From assembly GCF_035084215.1 (NCBI RefSeq), contig NC_090364.1:1736001-1800000 (forward strand): DNA of 64,000 bases, in the 5' to 3' direction. Every line of letters begins with the position of its first letter. Position 1 is the stretch's first letter. Below, piece by piece: positions 59,901 to 64,000 of the stretch. The notes below the pieces were generated by a model. The model made no database searches, was not told where the DNA came from, and was given only the letters and a program-made list of their open reading frames with translations. The translations under genes and the position numbers were made by a program. The stretch comes from Heptranchias perlo. Its lineage: Eukaryota.

Positions 59901-61346
59901 GAACGCTGAGCTATCCAGCTCCCTTTCGAAGAGATCATCATCCGCCTCTCTCTGGGCTGAATGTGAGCTCTGGTCTCAGATTAATTCATCCTCAGAGTTC
60001 AGGCCAGATTTGAGTCCAGGGGCCGGAGTTAAAAGGATAGAATTTTGTACGCTAGTCCGTCGAGGTCCCAGGAAATACAGGAGACCTTTGGTTCCAGAAG
60101 AAAATGCACTGGAGTGTACAGATATGGTACACCTGCACTTCTTCAAGCAGACACAAAATGGCTGCCTCAATAGCTCAGTGGGTAAATGTGCCACCCAGGA
60201 ACGCTCTGGGAAGTTCCTCACCAACTCTAACACAAGCTTGTTAATAATGTCAATTAAACAGCCCCGTTTCTATTAATGGGACAGACTGCTGTTCAACGAC
60301 AGGCCCTCACGGTACAAGGCGATAGGGACTCCCCACTGTTGCCTGGTTGTACCTACATGACTGTCACCTCTAGACTTGATTACTCCAACAATTTCCTGAT
60401 CAGCCTCCAATCCTCCCTCCATAAACTTGTCCAAAACTCTGCTGCCCATATCCTAACTTTCACCACTTCACCCATCAGCCCTCATTTTCACCTCTCTGCT
60501 TTCCCTCAACCTCATTTCGTCGTTGCCAATACGAGTGCTTTGGTCGATGCCAAAAAAACACACGGCACATTTTTAAGACACCTCGGTACCGGGTCGAACA
60601 GGGAGTCTGGCCTTAAGCCCCTTACAAGATTGAACAGTTAAAAGAGCTTCTCCATTCCTGCCCCCTCTTTCTGGTAGTGTTTTGGAGATTCTGAGTTGAA
60701 GTAGTGACTACTGCTGACATATGAAAAGAAAGGTCCCATACTCACCCCCTCCATCTCCCAAAGCATTAAATTTAAAATCCTCACCCTCTGGTCTCACCTC
60801 ACCCCATTTCTGCTATCTCCTCCAGCGCTGCAACCCCCCAATCTTTCCGTTCCTCTGACTATCAACCCCCTCCTCCTCCTCACCAACGGGAACAGTAGCT
60901 TTCAACCACCTGGGTCCTGCTGTCTGGAATCCCCTCCCTAAACCACTCTGCCTCCCTCTCCTTTTAAAACCTTCTCACACCCCCATTTGGTTGACCAAAC
61001 TTTTGGTCACCCCTCCTAATCTCACTGTCTACATGTCTACCTGTGAAGCACCTTGGGATGTTTAGGTTAAAGGTGTTGCTGTTGTGTCAGCTTGGAGGCC
61101 TGAGCAAGAAGCAGTGAAGACACATCCTTGTAAACAAGCTCCCAACATATGATGCAAGAACTAAATGACTGACCTTTCGTAGTATTCACGAATTGACCTC
61201 TTGGACCTTTTGACAATAGAGTTGGCTTTCTGCTTCAGAAGGAAGGGACCTGGAATAAACATGAATAATTACAGGACTAGCATAAGGAAAATATCATTCA
61301 TGTATGAGACTAGCAGTGTCAGAAGGTTATTCCAATGAAGGGCATC

Positions 61347-61512
61347 ATAGTCGAACCCCATCCTACCCCTCGCCCATAGTCGAACTCCTTCTCCCCTCGC
61401 CCATAGTCAAACCCCTTCTCCCCTCGCCCAGTCGAACCCCATCCTGCCCCTCGCCCAGTCGAACCCCTTCTCCCCTCGCCCATAGTCAAACCCCTTCTCC
61501 CCTCGCCCATAG
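61347..61512. repeat. Short C-rich tandem repeat (agtcgaaccccttctcccctcgccc), resuming at ~61984-62004 after a LINE insertion
   Basis: Directly visible. Confidence 0.8.
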
Positions 61513-61980
61513 TCATAGAGTCAGAGTCATAGAGTTATACAGCACGGATAGAGGCCCTTCGGCCCATCGTGTCCGCACCGGCCATCAAGCCCTGTCTACT
61601 CTAATCCCATATTCCAGCATTTGGTCCGTAGCCTTGTATGCTATGGCATTTCAAGTGCTCATCCAAATGCTTCTTGAATGTTGTGAGGGTTCCTGCCTCC
61701 ACAACCCTTTCAGACAGTGAGTTCCAGACTCCAACCACCCTCTGGGTGAAAAAGTTCTTTCTCAAATCCCCTCTAAACCTCCCGCCTTTTACCTTGAATC
61801 TATGTCCCCTTGTTATAGAACCCTCAACGAAGGGAAAAAGCTCCTTAGTATCCATCCTATCTGTGCCCCTCATAATTTTGTACACCTCAATCATGTCCCC
61901 CCTCAGCCTCCTCTGCTCCAAGGAAAACAAACCCAATCTTCCCAGTCTCTCTTCATAGCTGAAGCGCTCCAGCCCTGGTA
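61513..61980 (-). mobile_element. CR1-type LINE 3' end with intact reading frame
   Basis: LPGLERFSYEERLGRLGLFSLEQRRLRGDMIEVYKIM...WNSLSERVVEAG; tail (ctatgact)n. Confidence 0.88.
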
Positions 61981-63096
61981 ACAACCCCATCCTGCCCCTC
62001 GCCCGATTCCTCACATTTTGTTTAATGATATTAATAAATATTAATTTTTGTCTATTTAAGATAAGAAGTGATGTCTACAAAACTTTCTTGTTGCTGTCTT
62101 TCACTTCTTCTGAAAAGAAAGTTCATATTTACTTTCAGAGAAACCTGATGCTGTTGGAGTAACAGGTAGATGGGGGCTGGGTTGGGGGCTGGGCCGGGCG
62201 AGTGCGGGCCGGTGTTGGGCTAATCTCCTCCCACAGGACGGCACAGGATGTTCCACATGACATTGGGCCTACGGTTTGATGATTAATTTATCCTGTAAAT
62301 GTGAGACTATCCCTGTTCTTTGGCTTCAATATTTCCTCCTTCTCTGGTTATTTAACAAAACTCCCTCCTTGTTGACATTCCTCCCTCCACTGGTTCGACA
62401 TCTTCAAAAGGCAGTTGTGGTGTCAGCAACAGCTGGGAGCCAGATGTTGGCTCCCTGACCAGAACTAGATACATACACCATAAGATGCTAAGAGCAGTCA
62501 GGATTTCAGCCCCAAAATAGGATTAGTTTTTAATCTGTAGAAATATTCTACAGACCTAAACCTTCCTCAGAACATTCAGTGTTAGAAAGGTACAGCCCGC
62601 CATGGCTGAATAGCTGAATGTCCTCCCAAGTATGGGACTGTGCCAGAGGATCCCAGCCTCTGCTCTGAGCTGGGGCACCAGGAGGGCTGTTGTAGTTGCC
62701 CTCAGTGCCCCTGGGCTGGCAGAAACCCTCAGCCATGGTTTCCTGTCCCTGATCACTGGGACTTGTTTCCTTTGGACCAGTGATTTCAGAGTGTGTCCAG
62801 CTGAGCTTGACCGTGGCGAATACAGAACCGATCCGGGCAAATCATTCCACATGGATACGAGTTAGAAATGGGATTGTTGGGAGTAGGAAGGGAAGTCGAG
62901 GGACTGTGGAATAAGTTACCAGGAAATGAAATTGAAACAGACGATATGAATGGGGTTGAGAGAGAAGAGATTGAGGGACAAGTTGTGAAAAGGAGTAGGT
63001 TGTGGTTGATATGTGAAAAGTGACCGTCATTCCAGAGCTCTTCTGTTTTTAGTCTAAGGGGTGTTCGGCAACGATGTTAGTCTTCTAACGCGGGGA

Positions 63097-64000
63097 AGGT
63101 GTTCCTGCTGGGACACTGGGGGGGGGGAACGGTGTTCCTGCTGGGACACTGGGGGGGGGGAACGGTGTTCCTGCTGGGACACTGGGGGGGGGGAACGGTG
63201 TTCCTGCTGGGACACTGGGGGGGACGGACGGTGTTCCTGCTGGGACACTGGGGGGGACGGACGGTGTTCCTGCTGGGACACTGGGGGGGACGGACGGTGT
63301 TCCTGCTGGGACACTGGGGGGGACGGACGGTGTTCCTGCTGGGACACTGGGGGGGACGGACGGTGTTCCTGCTGGGACACTGGGGGGGACGGACGGTGTT
63401 CCTGCTGGGACACTGGGGGGGGACGGACGGTGTTCCTGCTGGGACACTGGGGGGGGACGGACGGTGTTCCTGCTGGGACACTGGGGGGGGACGGACGGTG
63501 TTCCTGCTGGGACACTGGGGGGGACGGACGGTGTTCCTGCTGGGACACTGGGGGGGACGGACGGTGTTCCTGCTGGGACACTGGGGGGGACGGACGGTGT
63601 TCCTGCTGGGACACTGGGGGGGACGGACGGTGTTCCTGCTGGGACACTGGGGGGGACGGACGGTGTTCCTGCTGGGACACTGGGGGGGACGGACGGTGTT
63701 CCTGCTGGGACACTGGGGGGGGCGGACGGTGTTCCTGCTGGGACACTGGGGGGGGCGGACGGTGTTCCTGCTGGGACACTGGGGGGGGCGGACGGTGTTC
63801 CTGCTGGGACACTGGGGGGGACGGACGGTGTTCCTGCTGGGACACTGGGGGGGACGGACGGTGTTCCTGCTGGGACACTGGGGGGGACGGACGGTGTTCC
63901 TGCTGGGACACTGGGGGGGACGGACGGTGTTCCTGCTGGGACACTGGGGGGGGAAAACGGTGTTCCTGCTGGGACACTGGGGGGGACGTACGGTGTTCCT
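63097..64000. repeat. 33-bp G-rich minisatellite (gggggggacggacggtgttcctgctgggacact), runs off the window
   Basis: Directly visible. Confidence 0.97.

Noticed and set aside
59570-60276. Moderate-length ORFs near the right end
   Set aside because: No recognisable domain or consistent splice pattern in the frames I translated; more likely UTR.
63054-63977. 307-aa (SQQEHRPSPPV)n ORF
   Set aside because: 33-bp minisatellite with G-run length variants that shift frame.

Overview
Vertebrate genomic DNA, most likely a cartilaginous fish (shark). This is inferred from the repeat families: CR1 and L2 LINEs, Deu-domain tRNA SINEs, Tx1 and Penelope-like ends. Four protein-coding genes can be assembled by hand with canonical GT-AG junctions. 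(1) A GPRC5-family 7TM receptor on the minus strand (main exon 4297-5275, next exon 193-263), continuing off the left edge. (2) A complete 109-aa parvalbumin of the oncomodulin/CPV3 type on the plus strand (CDS exons 24133-24193, 25012-25144, 27737-27846, 29580-29605), largely missed by the ORF track. (3) A single-coding-exon TRIM56-like RING/B-box/coiled-coil/NHL protein on the minus strand (33159-35138), with ISRE/IRF motifs just upstream. (4) The 12-exon DEAD-box helicase DDX47 on the plus strand (38077-54922), head-to-head with the TRIM gene. A probable long 3' UTR of a further minus-strand gene (APOLD1 is a synteny-based guess) occupies the right end. The rest is LINE/SINE debris and many GC-rich minisatellites, which generate most of the long spurious ORFs. 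The notable non-genic structures are a three-layer nested insertion (Penelope-like ends with a hammerhead-type core plus a solo LTR), a 72-bp-arm fold-back between convergent genes, and a palindromic MITE-like family. I found no clear evidence of a wholly new multi-gene system. Gene names come from motif recognition only, and repeat boundaries are approximate.
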